Below are positions 26,230-39,753 of a stretch of DNA of 64,000 nucleotides, in pieces; the stretch's first letter is position 1, and every line of letters starts with the position of its first letter. The notes under the pieces were generated by a model, which searched no databases, had not been told where the DNA came from, and saw only the letters and a list, made by a program, of their open reading frames with translations. The stretch spans positions 74,710,001 to 74,774,000 of the forward strand of contig NC_043003.1 in NCBI RefSeq assembly GCF_006345805.1, in the 5' to 3' direction. This stretch comes from Octopus sinensis. Lineage: Eukaryota. Both the position numbers and the translations under genes were made by a program.

Positions 26230-26980
26230 ATCTTACTATAATTGACGTGATGCCCGTCTGTCTGTATGTGGCCTCTTCACGGTCAAACGGCTAGACCAAT
26301 GGTCACGATGTTCTTCGAGATTACGAGCGAGGTTATCAGGAAGGTTTCCAGCGAAAAAAAATGTGATAAAGTATGATTATTTACTGGATATTCAGAGTAA
26401 TTATTCAGTTTAAGAGCGTAAATAAAAGTAAATAAAAATTAAATGGGACATAACTAATAAACGAAGCAAAGAGAAGTAAGTAATCTGACGAGAACGGGCG
26501 TTATGTCCGTCTCTCTGTCTGTTCCCTTTTGTCGGTCAAACGGCTGGACCAATGGTCATGATATTTTTCGTGATTACGAAGCAGGTAATCAGGAAAAATG
26601 TGAAAAAGTATGATTAGTTAGTGTATATTAACATTTCTAGTAATAAATCACCTTTGACGTTGTTTTTTTTTTTTGTTAAAATTCTGACAACGATGATAAA
26701 CTCCCCGTATAGTTCGTGAAGTTAGAGGTTTGAGACTTGCGATGCCATCCCTTTATTTCGCATCACAGATGTGCAAATTTCTATAGATTCAATTCGCGCA
26801 TTTACAGCAAACAAAGCACGAGGCAAGACTTTAGATCTTGTATGTGTATTTTTACCTACTCCAATGTTTACACACGACCAGTTATACGTCGCTATGAGTA
26901 AATCAACAAACTCCTGTAATTTGAAAATCAGTGTCGACCAAACAGAAAATTTCGTCTACAAGGAAATTTTGTAATCATAT
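26230..26980 (+). mobile_element. Helitron relic: 5'-terminal region with internal duplication plus PIF1-like helicase C-terminus
   Basis: ORF 26771-26974 AFTANKARGKTLDLVCVFLPTPMFTHDQLYVAMSK...TENFVYKEIL* matches the Helitron AMTINKAQGQTL..VG.YL..PVFSHGQLYVA.SR...T.N.VYKEIL motif. The upstream TCTTACTATAA...CCGTCTGTCTG...CGGTCAAACGGCT(A/G)GACCAAT block is repeated at ~26253 and ~26505. Confidence 0.85.
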
Positions 26981-28228
26981 TGATATTATCGAAAGGGATA
27001 TGGTTCATAATTTAAATAAGGAATTTTGTGAACTTTGAATGTATAAGTGTATAAACAAGCGTAAAATATTGTAAACTAAAATAAAAGTATATCTAAATAA
27101 AATTTTTTTCTTGATACTTTTTATGTAGAGGTCGACGGAAGATCTGGCTTTCGTCAGAAATGGTCCACATAACCGTTCATGATACAGAGGTTGGGAGCCT
27201 ATTTCCGTTCGGGAGTGAATCGTCATCACATGTCATCACATGTCACTTTGTCTCACATGTCACTTTGTCTCAAAAACAATAGAAAGTTGTATCACCAGTT
27301 GTATCACTTAGAGATTTCTCTAAGGCATCACCCAGTTATGTATCAAGCTCATTCGGATATTTATCAATACATTCTGCTGTTATGACTTCCCTCCCTTATC
27401 ATATGCCTCCATCGTAGATGGGTAGATTTGCTTGTGTCTGTACTATGAAAACCGGGATTGTATTTGGTTATAAATAACGACTCTTAGCTATGTATACGTA
27501 CATACAAATTAAATACACACTTACACACGCGCGCACACGTACACCTAGCATACACACAGAGACATAAACATGAAACATTTATAGAGATTTAGCTGTAACG
27601 CACAGTCTATTATACCGATATAACACATAATATAATATAAGACTAAAGGCAGCAAATGACCGGCTCATCAGACTGTCGGTTGGGTATTTCATATTGTCAA
27701 TGATCCGATTTCAAATTCAGCAGATCCGCCTTTCACTCTTCCAGCCCAGTTAAATATAATACCACTACATTATTGTATTGATTCAACTAATTCTGTCACA
27801 ATTTCTGGAAGATATCAACTACTATCAGACTGCCAGTTGTAAATGCCCAATGAAACGACACATGTCAAGAAGGTTCTTCTAAGAGGTCGTTCGGATTTGA
27901 GGGTCATAACGTATACATAGATGAATGTGTCCAATTCAGCAGATGGGTTACGTCCACTTCAAAAATTTATACCACAGGCTGGGAAGGTATGCTATTGTGA
28001 TGTATCCAGCAGGTTGTTTTTCCGTACAAATAGAAATACGGTTTCCTATGTCAAATTGTCACGTCTTTAGAAACCTTTAAAACACATTATAGTGAGTAAA
28101 ATGCGTTACACAGCTTCAATTTCAGTAGAATACTGACGTAAGTTTTAGTTGATTTCTATTTCATGTAGACTAGCGGAAACGCTCAAATTATACGGAGAGA
28201 AAATTTTTAAAAGGCTAAGCACAGCAAG

Positions 28229-28319
<91 letters not shown>

Positions 28320-28457
28320 CGCGTGTGCGTGTGTGTGTGTATTTATGTGTGTGTGCGCGAGCGCGCGCACGCGTGTGGGTATACACACATAAAGGCTTCG
28401 ATGCATAGGTTGTCATAAACCGCTCCAATATGCCATCAATGTAACAACTTAAAATTA

Positions 28458-28670
28458 AGGCAGAGAGCTAGCAGAATCGATAGCACATTGAACAAAAATG
28501 CTGAACAACATTTCTTCCGGCTCTATCAGTGCTTAGTTCCAATTCCGTCTTCTTTGACTCTCATTATTTCAGAGTCAATAATGGAAGTACCGGTTGAGTA
28601 ATGGGGTCGATCTAATCGAAGATGTGTTTCACTAAATTTGCTGAATTTTTGCCAAAATGTGAAAGGTAAA
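28458..28670 (+). mobile_element. SINE family C (diverged)
   Basis: AGGCAGAGAGCTAGCAGAATCGATAGCAC...AAGTACCGGTTGAGTAATGGGGTCGATCTAATCGA...TTTGCCAAAATGTGAAA. Confidence 0.7.
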
Positions 28671-29131
28671 TAGGTTGAAACACATCATGATATTCTCTAT
28701 TACAAATGCCATTCCCGCTTCATAGTGCATATTTCCATCAAAATATATAAATATTTTTGAGCACCAAATCTATTTTTTTGAAAGAGTTCCATAGAAACTT
28801 CAATCAAACTCAAATGTAACCAGCTTGCGAAATTTTTTTGAAAACTATACAGGTTGAATGACCGGCAGACGAGAATATTCCTTTCAAAATTTGTTAGAAA
28901 GGGAATATTTACGGATAAATGATTGGAAGTAGAGTGCTTCGCTGCTTCGATTGTAAAATTTACATTTGTAACAAAAATTATTAGTGCACATGCCTATATT
29001 AATTTCATATTAAGTGAGATATGGATTATTCTGCAAGAAATTTACAAAAAAGAATTAGCATTACAACTTTGTAAATACTCCGTTGTTATTACGTGAAAAG
29101 ATTTAAAATAAATACATGTATTTAACAGATA

Positions 29132-29185
<54 letters not shown>

Positions 29186-29221
29186 ATGGATAGATAGATA
29201 GATGGATATACATACCTGTAA

Positions 29222-29433
29222 TACAGTCAGTAGCCATAATAGATCATTAGCCACTACACCCTTTTTTTTTGTCTCCTTGTTTCTCTCCTTGTTTTTTCTG
29301 TGTCCCTTTCTGTAGAAGAGGGTAGGCTCGAAACGTAAAAGACTTGTTCTATTGCTGAGCGTTATACTAATCCATCTGTTTGTTTTGTACACCACCTGTC
29401 TCCGTCTTTTGTCTTTTTTCGTAAACCCTCCCC
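29222..29433 (+). mobile_element. Hammerhead-bearing element, subfamily D2 (most complete copy)
   Basis: GATCATTAGCCACTACACC...GTGTCC-CTTT-CTGTAGA-A-GAGG(GTAG)GCTC-GAAA-CGTA-AAAG-AC...CTGAGCGTTATACTAAT...CGTAAACCCTCCCC; next to microsatellite tracts. Confidence 0.85.
29306..29341 (+). ncRNA. Variant minimal hammerhead-like motif (CUGUAGA core)
   Basis: Stem I CUUU/AAAG, GAAA, palindromic ACGU stem III, GUA cleavage triplet. Core position 6 is U instead of the canonical A, and this copy has one stem II mismatch. Confidence 0.5.
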
Positions 29434-29513
29434 ATTCATGTAATACACACATATATATAAATATATATACACATTTATATATATGTACATATATATGTAT
29501 ATGCATATGAAGG

Positions 29514-29759
29514 AAGGAAGCACTCCGTCGGTTACGACGACGAGGGTTCCGGTTGATCCGAATCAACGGAACAGCCTGCTCGTGAAATTAACGTGTAAGT
29601 GGCTGAGCACCCCACAGACACGTGTACCCTTAACGTAGTTCTCGGGGATATTCAGCGTGACACAGAGAGTGACAAGGCCGGCCCTTTGAAATACAGGTAC
29701 AACAGAAACAGGATGTAAGAGTGAGAGAAAGTTGTGGTGAAAGAGTACAGCAGGGATCA
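29514..29759 (-). mobile_element. SINE family A, 3' portion
   Basis: Near-identical to 2894-3138. Confidence 0.9.
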
Positions 29760-29799
29760 TATGCATATATGTGTGTGTGTGTGTGTACGTATGTATATA

Positions 29800-30110
29800 G
29801 ACGTAGGTGTGGCTGTGAGGTAACAAGCTCGCTTACCAGCCTGGTGGTCCCAGGTTCAGTCCCACTGCGTGGGAATTTGTGCAGATGTCTTCAACGTTAA
29901 CCTCAAGGTGACCAAAACATTGTGAGTGGATTTGGCTGATGGAAACTGAAAGAAGCCTGACGAATAAATGTATATATATATATATATATATAGATATATA
30001 TATATATAATATATATATATATAATATATATATATATATATTCTTCTAAAATTTCTACATGGTGGTGCCCCAGCATGGTCGCAGTCTAATAACCAAAGCA
30101 AGTAGAAGAT
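29800..30110 (+). mobile_element. SINE family B, interrupted by (TA)n
   Basis: GTGGCTGTGAGGTAAC...GGTTCAGTCCCACTGCGTGG...GTGAGTGGATTTGG...GGAAACTGAAAGAAGCC; 3' end CCAGCATGGTCGCAGTC. Confidence 0.75.
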
Positions 30111-30585
30111 ATAATTATGTGTGTGTATGTGTCTGTGTGTATATGTGCGCCTGTGTGTGAGTGTCTGTTTGTGTGTGTCTGTGGTCATATTTTTGTACTT
30201 ACATACGTGTGTATCTTTGTGTTGCATGCAGCCAGCGCGCATGTGTATGAAACGTCCCTCGATGAGTAGACTCTTGATAGCTTCATATTTGTCAACTATT
30301 CTTGTGTTATTTCATTTATTGTTTTGAGTTACACATAAAACTAATGAGCTTGCAATAATATTTTGTCCATAAATCATATGTTAATCTTAAATAATGAATG
30401 TTACAATTATAGTGTGTCGATTCTACAATGTTTTCTGCAAACAGTACTTTATGTCGAATGATAATTTATTGATTGCATTCAATGTAAGATTCTACGCTGC
30501 TCACAGATATACATACATATATAGGCACCAAAAGTTTGGATGCATAAATGCATAAGTACATACATACATATATAAATACATACGT

Positions 30586-30790
30586 AGTACCGTTGGCGAT
30601 TTTTTTTCCTCTGTCTTCCCTTCTCGGGATCTTTCCTTCTCCTATGTTTCCGACGAAGAACTCCGCTCGAAACGTTAAACCCTCCTTTTTCCCTTCTTTC
30701 CTGAGCGTCCAATAATACTTTATTTGTTCCACGTCCTCGCGTTGTTGTGTTTTTTTTGTTTCTTTTGTGTTTTCTTGTTTGGATTAACTA
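30586..30790 (+). mobile_element. Hammerhead-bearing element, subfamily D1
   Basis: GTTT-CCGACGA-A-GAAC(TCC)GCTC-GAAA-CGTT-AAAC at 30646-30680 (core U4C and one stem II mismatch); ends GGATTAAC(TA)n. Confidence 0.85.
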
Positions 30791-31974
30791 TATATATATA
30801 TATTATATAACACATATTTGTACATACATATATATATACATACATACATACATGCTTACACACACATATTTGAAACACACATCCACTCAGACACAGACAT
30901 ATCCATATATGGAAAGGAATGTTAAAATATGATGATGGAAACGTGTCATCGAATGTTAAGCAGGTAATTGGTTATTCACAGAAGAAATAGAGTGTTTAAT
31001 ACTATATTTACTCGTTGTAATGTTATAACGAGCCATGAATGATGTAACAATGATCATTGTAAACTATATTACACCAGTAATTACAGAGCATTGTGAAGCT
31101 GAAATGCCATTTTCTGAATAACAATACCACACATATTAGATTTCAAACTGACGCGGAGTGTTGAACGACATAGGAAAATGTGACTTTAATTTCTTTCCTA
31201 ATTCCTGTATTAAGTAGTCTATTATAAAGAAATTGCAATTATGAGTGGTTAATATGGGATATATTTTTTGCTCGTAATATTTCTTCCAGCAGAAAATGAA
31301 CTGCCTCTGCGGTATTTAAAAAGCTGTTTATATAGTAGCTGATACGGTCGATGTAGTTCAAATTCTTGGAGAAATGGAGAAAACAAGTATTTATGTAGAC
31401 TTTGTCAGTGTTTTATAATTTGGGCGGGAATTATCATAAGTATCTATGGTCCATATTTGCTTTCGAGTGCGATTAGATGTATTCAAGACTAAATAGAGTC
31501 CTAGTTTCTGGAAAATATGTACAAAATAATCCGAAAACTTTTGACAGCAGACAGTTGATTAATTAGTAGATTATTTGTCATGTTAATGTTCATAGATTCA
31601 GCTTAGGCATGGTATTTGACGTAATAGTTTCATGTGAATGAAACATGAGAAGGGAAGTTTTGTAGAGAAGTGAAAATTCATATACCCCCAACTGTGGGAA
31701 TGGATCATGTAGGGTGTCGATATATTGGACGTGTGTACGGGATGTTGAGGCATACAAGTAGTAATATATTCAGGTAAGATCCTTCAGCGAACCTTGAAAT
31801 AATGGATAAAACCAGCATCTAACGGCGCTCTATTTACCAAATATTGCGGAGGCGAAACCAGAAGGTGATAAGAATTGAAAAGATCTTCAGGACATATAGG
31901 GTTAAAAAATCTCTTCTGGTGGTTAATTATGATAGAGAGAAGGGGAAAAAGAGATAGAGAGAGAAAGAGAGAGA

Positions 31975-32015
<41 letters not shown>

Positions 32016-32467
32016 TGACATTGATAGATAGATAGATTGATAGACAGAGAGAGAGACATATAGACAGAAGTAGATTGATATTATTATAGCTCATTATTGT
32101 TGATGTCTGTCTGCATCACTTTTACGATGTTGGAAATAAATGCGATAGAAAAAGAGGTGCCAGGATTATAGAGTAATATGTTAAAAAATTCGGAATATAT
32201 GCTGGAAGGGAGACAGGGAGCGATGTAAATACGAGAAATGAAACAGGGCTGGTACTCGCTAAGGAGACGTAATAAATGGAATGATGTTATGACTATGGGG
32301 ATTAGGGTGCATTATGTACATTTAACAGGGAAGCACAAAGACGTGTAAAATTTTTGTATGTATGTAAATATTTGAAGAAATAAAAATACACACACATATA
32401 TATATATTTATACATATATATATATATAATATATATAATATATAAATATATGCATATATGCATACGT

Positions 32468-33291
32468 ATATGTACATACCTACACATATATGTATATATA
32501 CATGCATATATGGGTACAGGACATCGAAACCGTCAACAAAATGAGAAACGAGCACATATAAAACAAAAACATAGAAAATGAATTTTTTCCGAACAACGAA
32601 AGAAACAAAGAAACGAGACAGGTAACATAAAGAACATTTCCTTCATTAGGTGTCCTCTGTTTTATCTACTCCGCGTTCCGAAGGTAAGAACTATACGCGA
32701 CTTCGTAAAAACAGACCTTCCCTCAAAGCAAATTAAGTTAAAGTAGGGATTTTTTTACGGAGGGTTAAAATGGTAACAAAAGCAGGACACTAAGAACAGA
32801 ACAGTAAAAACCAACGGTGAGGGCTGTTAATTCAAGACAATCTGAAGTGGTGAACGCTGGAAAAACGAAATTTGAGAATACAGAGGCAAAAGCACGCCTT
32901 GTCTTTAGGAAGGAAGTGGAAGAAAGGAAGATGGATAGCTGTTGGTCACTTGTGAGCAACGAGAGAGTCAAAAAGGAAGAGTGAGAGAGAGAGAGACAGA
33001 GAGAAAGAGAAGAAATGGTTAAGGGGAGAGGAGAAGGAGAAGGAAAGGTTGGGAGAGGAAAACAGATAGGAAGAAGAAGAAGAAGAAGAAGAAGAAGAAG
33101 AAGAAGAAGAAGAAGAAGAGAAGAAGAAGAAGAAGAAGAGAAGGATATGTATAGAAAGAATAGAGAGGGATGGAGTGCGCATCGGAATTATAAAGATAAA
33201 GCTTACTTGAAAATGGATACGTGGCGTTCCATTATATAATGATATAAATAATATATAAATACATGCATATATAAATACATATATGTATATA

Positions 33292-33348
<57 letters not shown>

Positions 33349-33520
33349 TGTGTGTGTGTGTATATATGTATGTATATATACATGCATATATGGGTACAGG
33401 ACATCATAAAACCGTCAACAAAATGAGAAACCAGTACATAAAAAAAACATTCTCTTCAACAGTAATCCCCTGTTTTATCTACTCTGCTTTCAGAAGGTAG
33501 GGACAATACGCAACTTCATA
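32468..33520. mobile_element. Family G element with direct terminal repeats (pseudo-LTR-like tandem)
   Basis: ATATATGGGTACAGGACATC...AACCGTCAACAAAATGAGAAAC...CTGTTTTATCTACTC...GAAGGTA...ATACGC.ACTTC occurs at ~32506-32705 and, with an internal deletion, at ~33387-33518. An internal (GAA)n tract lies at 33071-33140. Confidence 0.7.
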
Positions 33521-33543
33521 TATAAATAAATAAATAAATATAT

Positions 33544-33618
<75 letters not shown>

Positions 33619-33621
<3 letters not shown>

Positions 33622-33785
33622 AACCGCTCAGTCGAAGTCGAGTCTCGGTCACTCGTTGGATCAGTGTCCTCCAGTCAGTTCTATCCTGGGCCGCTACATT
33701 CAGATTGGCTATGTCCATTCCGGTCTCACTCTTGATGGTGTCAAGTCAGCGGGTTCTTGGTCGGCCTCTTCCCCTCTTGCCACGA
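33619..33785 (-). mobile_element. 5'-truncated RTE/BovB-like LINE 3' end
   Basis: Minus-strand translation RGKRGRGRPRTR*LDTIKSETGMDIANLNVAAQDRTDWRTLIQRVTETRLRLSG*, the typical RTE C-terminus (GxRxRGRPxxRW.D...AxDRxxWR); ends at (TA)n. Confidence 0.85.
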
Positions 33786-34923
33786 ATAATAAATTACTGC
33801 CCTACAAAATGTATTGATTAACACTCCAGTTTAATATCTTTTTTATTACTCATCATAAAAATAAACGTTAATACATACATATACACATATGTATGTATGT
33901 ACGTTTGTATATATGCGTATATGTATGTATTTACGTACGTATGCGTATGCATGTATGTATGTATGTATGTATGTATGTATGTATGTATGTGTGCATGCAT
34001 GAATATATGTGTGTGTATTTATGTATGATTGCTTATGTATTCATAAACAAATCGTTCAAAAACACGAACTTAATATTTCCCTAAATATCTAGTATCCATA
34101 CACAGATTCATATACAAGGAAATATAATAGAACGCAATACATTTGAAAAAAGTCTTCACTACTATAACATTGCGTGACTAATGCCTACTGTGTTGATTTC
34201 CTAGATGGAAAATGTGTGGAAGCCCGTCCTGTTTATAAATGTATGTATGTGAATTATTCATTGCGCCGCCGTTTCCCCAACCTTTTGACAGCCGGTGTGA
34301 GTTTGGTTACGTCTTCGTAACCAAGAACTTCTATAAAAAAGACCCACAGTAAGTACCAGACTTAAAAGTAATATGTAAAGAGATATGCCTATAGACTAAA
34401 ATCCCTTTTAAAACACCAATACTAGCGCAGAGCCAAAACTGAAACAAATGTAAGCAGACATGGGAACTTTTTGTATATTCGGAAGTTTTTACATATATAG
34501 TCGAAATGAAACTAAACTTTCTATTTTTATAATTTAATAGCAATGTTATATTTTTCGTTTACTCTCTCATCAATATTCATGTCTTATATGCCATCGAGGA
34601 ACGTGCACTACAACAAAAATATTGAAAGTAAACCTTTCGTCAGATGTGAAACACGAAAAGGAACACAAACTGAAATATGTTACTGGAAGATCTCAGAATA
34701 GATAGAACACTAGATAAACTTCCTTGATGCACTTTGTCCCGGTCTTTTAAGTTGTGAGTTCAAATTATGTCTATGATGCGATGCGTTTAGAACCTTCTGG
34801 AGAGGATGAAATAAGCACTGGTCGACACAAAGTCTCCAGTATAGATTTCTGTTAGACAATTTGAAACAAGCTGTAGGGAGAATCAATATTAACAGTAAAT
34901 ACAATCTCTTTCTCTCTCTCGCT

Positions 34924-35018
<95 letters not shown>

Positions 35019-35099
35019 CAGATATAGATATAGATAGGATATTAGACATAGACAGGTAAATAGACAGATAGAGATAAAGATTGATAAATAGATCTCCCT

Positions 35100-35137
<38 letters not shown>

Positions 35138-36219
35138 TATATAATATATATATATATATAGATAGATAGATAGATAGATAGCTTTGTGTGTGAGTATATG
35201 TCTGTGCGTATGTTTCAGTTTGTGTTTGTACTGCTTATACTTGGGAAGGTTACTAAATAATATGCATTAAAAAACTATTAAACGTTGAAGTTGATATAAA
35301 TTAAGCAATTCATTAATAATGCCCAGTGATGAATAAGCACTATGTATGTACACAATATGAAAAAAAAAGGCAACTAGATTTAAAGGCTTGTGTACATATT
35401 GGTTCAGCAAGGGGCGTAACTATATACCTGCTGTTTGTTACGTTGTGCATTTATAACTTTATGTTTGTATGGTTTTATAATACTTTGTGCTGGTGAGATT
35501 GATTTGGCTGTGACATAGTCACAGAACCGGAAATATAGCTTTGCTAAACAAACAAAATTGCAAACCAAGCATGTACATTAACAAGCAACAACAAACAAAA
35601 CAATACGCACGGGCGCACACGCACACACACACACACTCACACACACACACACACACACACATACGCACGCACGCACGCACATACATATACACTTGAATGA
35701 ATGAATGATAACTTCGATATCCAAGACCAGACTTTAATGTTTGTTAATGATTGCAACATGAATAACGAAGTCGCCAATATGTCTGGTCTGAACTAAGCAA
35801 CCGGATTATCGTAGCTAACGGGACATTGAGGAATCGATTAACAAGTTGTAAGACAGCTAGTATGAATTTGTGTGCGTGTGTGTGTGTGTGCATGTGAGTG
35901 CGCGTATGTACGTTTGTGTGTCTATGATGCTGTGTATGTGCGGGAACGCTTTGGAGTGGTAAACTGTGTATTGAAAAATTGGGTTTAATAGAATGAATCT
36001 GAGTTGAATCAATGTGGTGAATAGTAGGAAACGGCTAGAGCTTACAGTGGAGAGAAGGAATCATTGATAATAGAAATTAAAGAGAGGAGAAAAATTTAAA
36101 ATAGCATTTGAGCACCGAAGAGAAGTGAAAAGGTGAGGGGGTGGATTTATTAAAAAAGAAATTTATTAAGAAAACAGTTTGCGGTCCAGTTACGGACTCA
36201 GCTACTAGAACCAAAAAAT

Positions 36220-36250
<31 letters not shown>

Positions 36251-36290
36251 CTCTGTGTGCGTGCGTGTGTCTGTCTCTGTGTGTGTATCG

Positions 36291-36513
36291 TGGCACTCCG
36301 TCGGTTACGGCGACGAGGGTTCCAGTAGATCCGTTCAACGGAACCGCCTGCTCCTGGAATTAACGTGCATGTGGCTGAGCACTCTACAGACACGTGTACC
36401 CTTAATATATAGCTCTCGGAGAGATTAAGCGCGACATAGTGTGACAAGGCTGGCCCTTTAAAATAGAGGTACAACAGAAGCTGGAAGAAAGAACGAGAGA
36501 AAGATTTGGTGAA
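36291..36513 (-). mobile_element. SINE family A, 3' portion (diverged)
   Basis: GCACTCCGTCGGTTACGGCGACGAGGGTTCC...GGCTGAGCACTC.ACAGACACGTGTACCCTTAA; homologous to 2897-3120. Confidence 0.85.
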
Positions 36514-39427
36514 AGATATATGTTTGCATTTGTGTGTATGTGTGCGAATGTGTGATAGTGTGTGTGTGTGTGTGTGTGTTAGTTTTTTTGTGTTTATTCT
36601 GGGAGGAAAAAGTTTTAGTAGGAAATTGCAGTAAAAGTAGGCATAATAAAAAAGAACTATCAAATCAGTGAGTTAGTATTATACCGAAATGAGAAAATAC
36701 GTATATTTTGGGGGTGGTTGTGCGAGTGGATGGGAAGGCATACACAACAAGAAAGTCATTTGAAAGCTAGTCTCTTAAGTATAACTGCAGCAACAAAATA
36801 CTGGTTTCTACGGTGATGAGATAATTTCTGTAAAACACCCTCGTAATTGCTGTTGATTGCATATAATTGTTTTAATTCTCCACCGTCTCTCCGCCATCGT
36901 TTGTGTTTTATCCCTTTCTTTCAATAACACGTCGTATGGTAATTTTGCAGTTGCTTCTGAATAATGCAAATTGTGTCAGTTGGCAGTATGAGTTAAAACA
37001 ATGCGTGTATGTTTGTGTGAGCAGGAAATGACATGCATGCATGATTGTGTGAAACCGCATGTATGTACGAAGGCATGCGTATATGTATGTATATATATAT
37101 ATATATATACACACATACAGACACATATATACATGCATACGCACATACACACACATACTCACATATTGTGTGGGTGTGTGCACGAGATCGCGTACTTGCG
37201 TCTTTGTGGGAATATATAAATCATAGCTGTAGCACCTGAAAGTATTCACCAAGCTTTCACAAAATCTTTTTAAGGTGCGTATGTATTAGCGACCTAATTT
37301 GGCCACCCTCTCTGTTCTCATGTGTCAGCTAAAAGGAGAATGAACTGCGCAGGGTTGTTGACTGTAGTCATTGTTAGAAAAGTTGACTGGACAAGCGAAA
37401 AAGCAACTTACGCTCAGACACAGTACGCTGCTCGGTCAAGATATGACTCAAAATCTTATGACCCTGAGCCTTACCAATAATCCACGAACTGACGTGTATA
37501 TGACGTAAGTGTATTAAAATGTGTGCGTTTATACATTTTCTGTGTGTGTGTGTGTGTGTGTGGTGTGAGTGAGTTTATGAGTGTGTGAGGACCATTATGC
37601 GCGCTCGCTATTGAGATACGCGCCAAAGTTCGAAATCCCGTCAAAATTTATTTGGTCTTCCACATGTTCTGTATCGAAAATAAATATAGCACTCGCTGGT
37701 TGCGTTATTCTCTCTTCTCTCTCTCTCTCTCGCTCCATTTCTCTTCCCCTCTCTCCTCTTCTCTCTCTCTGGCTCCATTTATCTCCCCTCTCTCATCTTC
37801 CCTCTCTCTCTCTCTCTTTCTCTCTGGAGCCGTGACTCGTGATCCATTTCGCGAGGTGTGTTACGCCAAGATTGAAGCATTTATCACATGTTCTGCCGAT
37901 TATTTTATGTTCTCGTTCTAATAATGATTTCAAAATTAGACACAAAGTTTTCCGCTTTTGGAGTAGAGTGTGCTTTTCTAATATCCGTTGCAGTACTGAA
38001 CGAGGTCGTAATGCTATCGATCCAGGAAGGGTGAATGAGACCTTGGATCTGAACAAGATTTAACATACATTCAAATGGGCAAGTGCATAAAAGTGGTAAA
38101 TATTGTCGCTGATACTGACCCCGGAACGATGGAAAACAAAATTGTGAATATTGACTAAGACCGTAAAAGCTTATAATACAGCAGAATTTAATTACGTCGC
38201 TTTACGCTTTGAATCGAACGCTAGAGCCAACTAAGCATTTGCCCATTCATGATCAATAACATCACGTAGAAATCAATTAATGAGATCGATTTAAAAGACT
38301 AATCATTTGCTTTAAAATGTCTTTTCATCTAATATTGATATTGTTATGGGAGGGGGAGGACATTTGGTTGTAGGATTAGCACAGCAATAAATGAAAATAA
38401 TATCCATTTAGGTCCTAAGATTTTTACCATGATTGACTTTACATTTCGTCTTTTGGGATTGGGAAAATAAGTATCAAACACTTGGATAATTGAAAATTAA
38501 TATTTTCACTAGAAAACGTGGTTTGGTTTATAACATTGCATACTGTATTAATACTTCCTTTAATTTATACATTTACTCTTACAAAAGAAAGAAAGAAACT
38601 ACATAACAAATGCTGAAAACGCATGTTGGTATGTACAAATATATTTACATAGCAAAGTGGGTTGTGGATGGGACATAATACAATATATTCAAACATATTG
38701 TTTTATGCACTAATATATTAACACAGAAATTAAGGAAGAAATACGGGAAAATAATATCAGATAAAATAAGTCAGCAATTCACCAACGGAATAAATCCACG
38801 ACATATGTTTCATCTCTGCAATTCGAGAAATTTAAAAACCTATTATGTCCTGGAAAAGGATAACAAGAACAATTCCGGCAATCGAGTGGATGAAACAAGG
38901 GACAAATATTTCACAAAAACCTTAGATAAAGAAGTTTATACAATGTTAACGTAGTATTACCAATTCTGTGAAAAGTAGATTTTGAGCTAAAACAAGCGGT
39001 TATGCCGTACTGATACAGAATACGATAATCACATTAATTTCATTGTTATGTTACCGCTTCATAAGAAGTCGTTTCCACATACTCTGTCGACATTGTAAAC
39101 TGTAGTTTATAACACGAATTTGGATACAGATGAATTGGTGTAATTAATAAAAAAAAGTGCAAACATTTAAAACATTTCATTATTAATAGAATTGTCAGTG
39201 AGTTTAGGAGAATATGTTAATAATAATGTTTCATTACAAAACAGTCATTTTTTAGCCCTGCTATAAAAGTTTGATAAAGAATAGAAAATTCATGATTTTC
39301 ATTTTTTTTTAAACTCTGGAGTCAGAATATGAAAATGAGTCTGATTAGAGTCTGGCAAGTTTTCATCACTTTGTAATTGGTTGGTTATTTTTTTTCTAAT
39401 CTTAGACGAGATAGGTATTCAGTTCTG

Positions 39428-39428
<1 letters not shown>

Positions 39429-39497
<69 letters not shown>
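39429..39497. repeat. (CA)n microsatellite
   Basis: Seen directly. Confidence 0.95.
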
Positions 39498-39499
<2 letters not shown>

Positions 39500-39720
39500 C
39501 GCACACACATTCTAACAAACACAAGCAGATTCAAATTTTGACGTCACTTTCTTCCTTTTCCTTATAAGAGTGTAGTAACGTATTCTACTATAAGTGTTGC
39601 GTAATACTTCAACTCAATGTGAAAGTGTTTTCAATTATATATATATATATATAATTTCACATATAAAATATAAATACGCACATACACTCACCTATATCTA
39701 TGTATTTGTATAAACACAAG

Positions 39721-39753
<33 letters not shown>

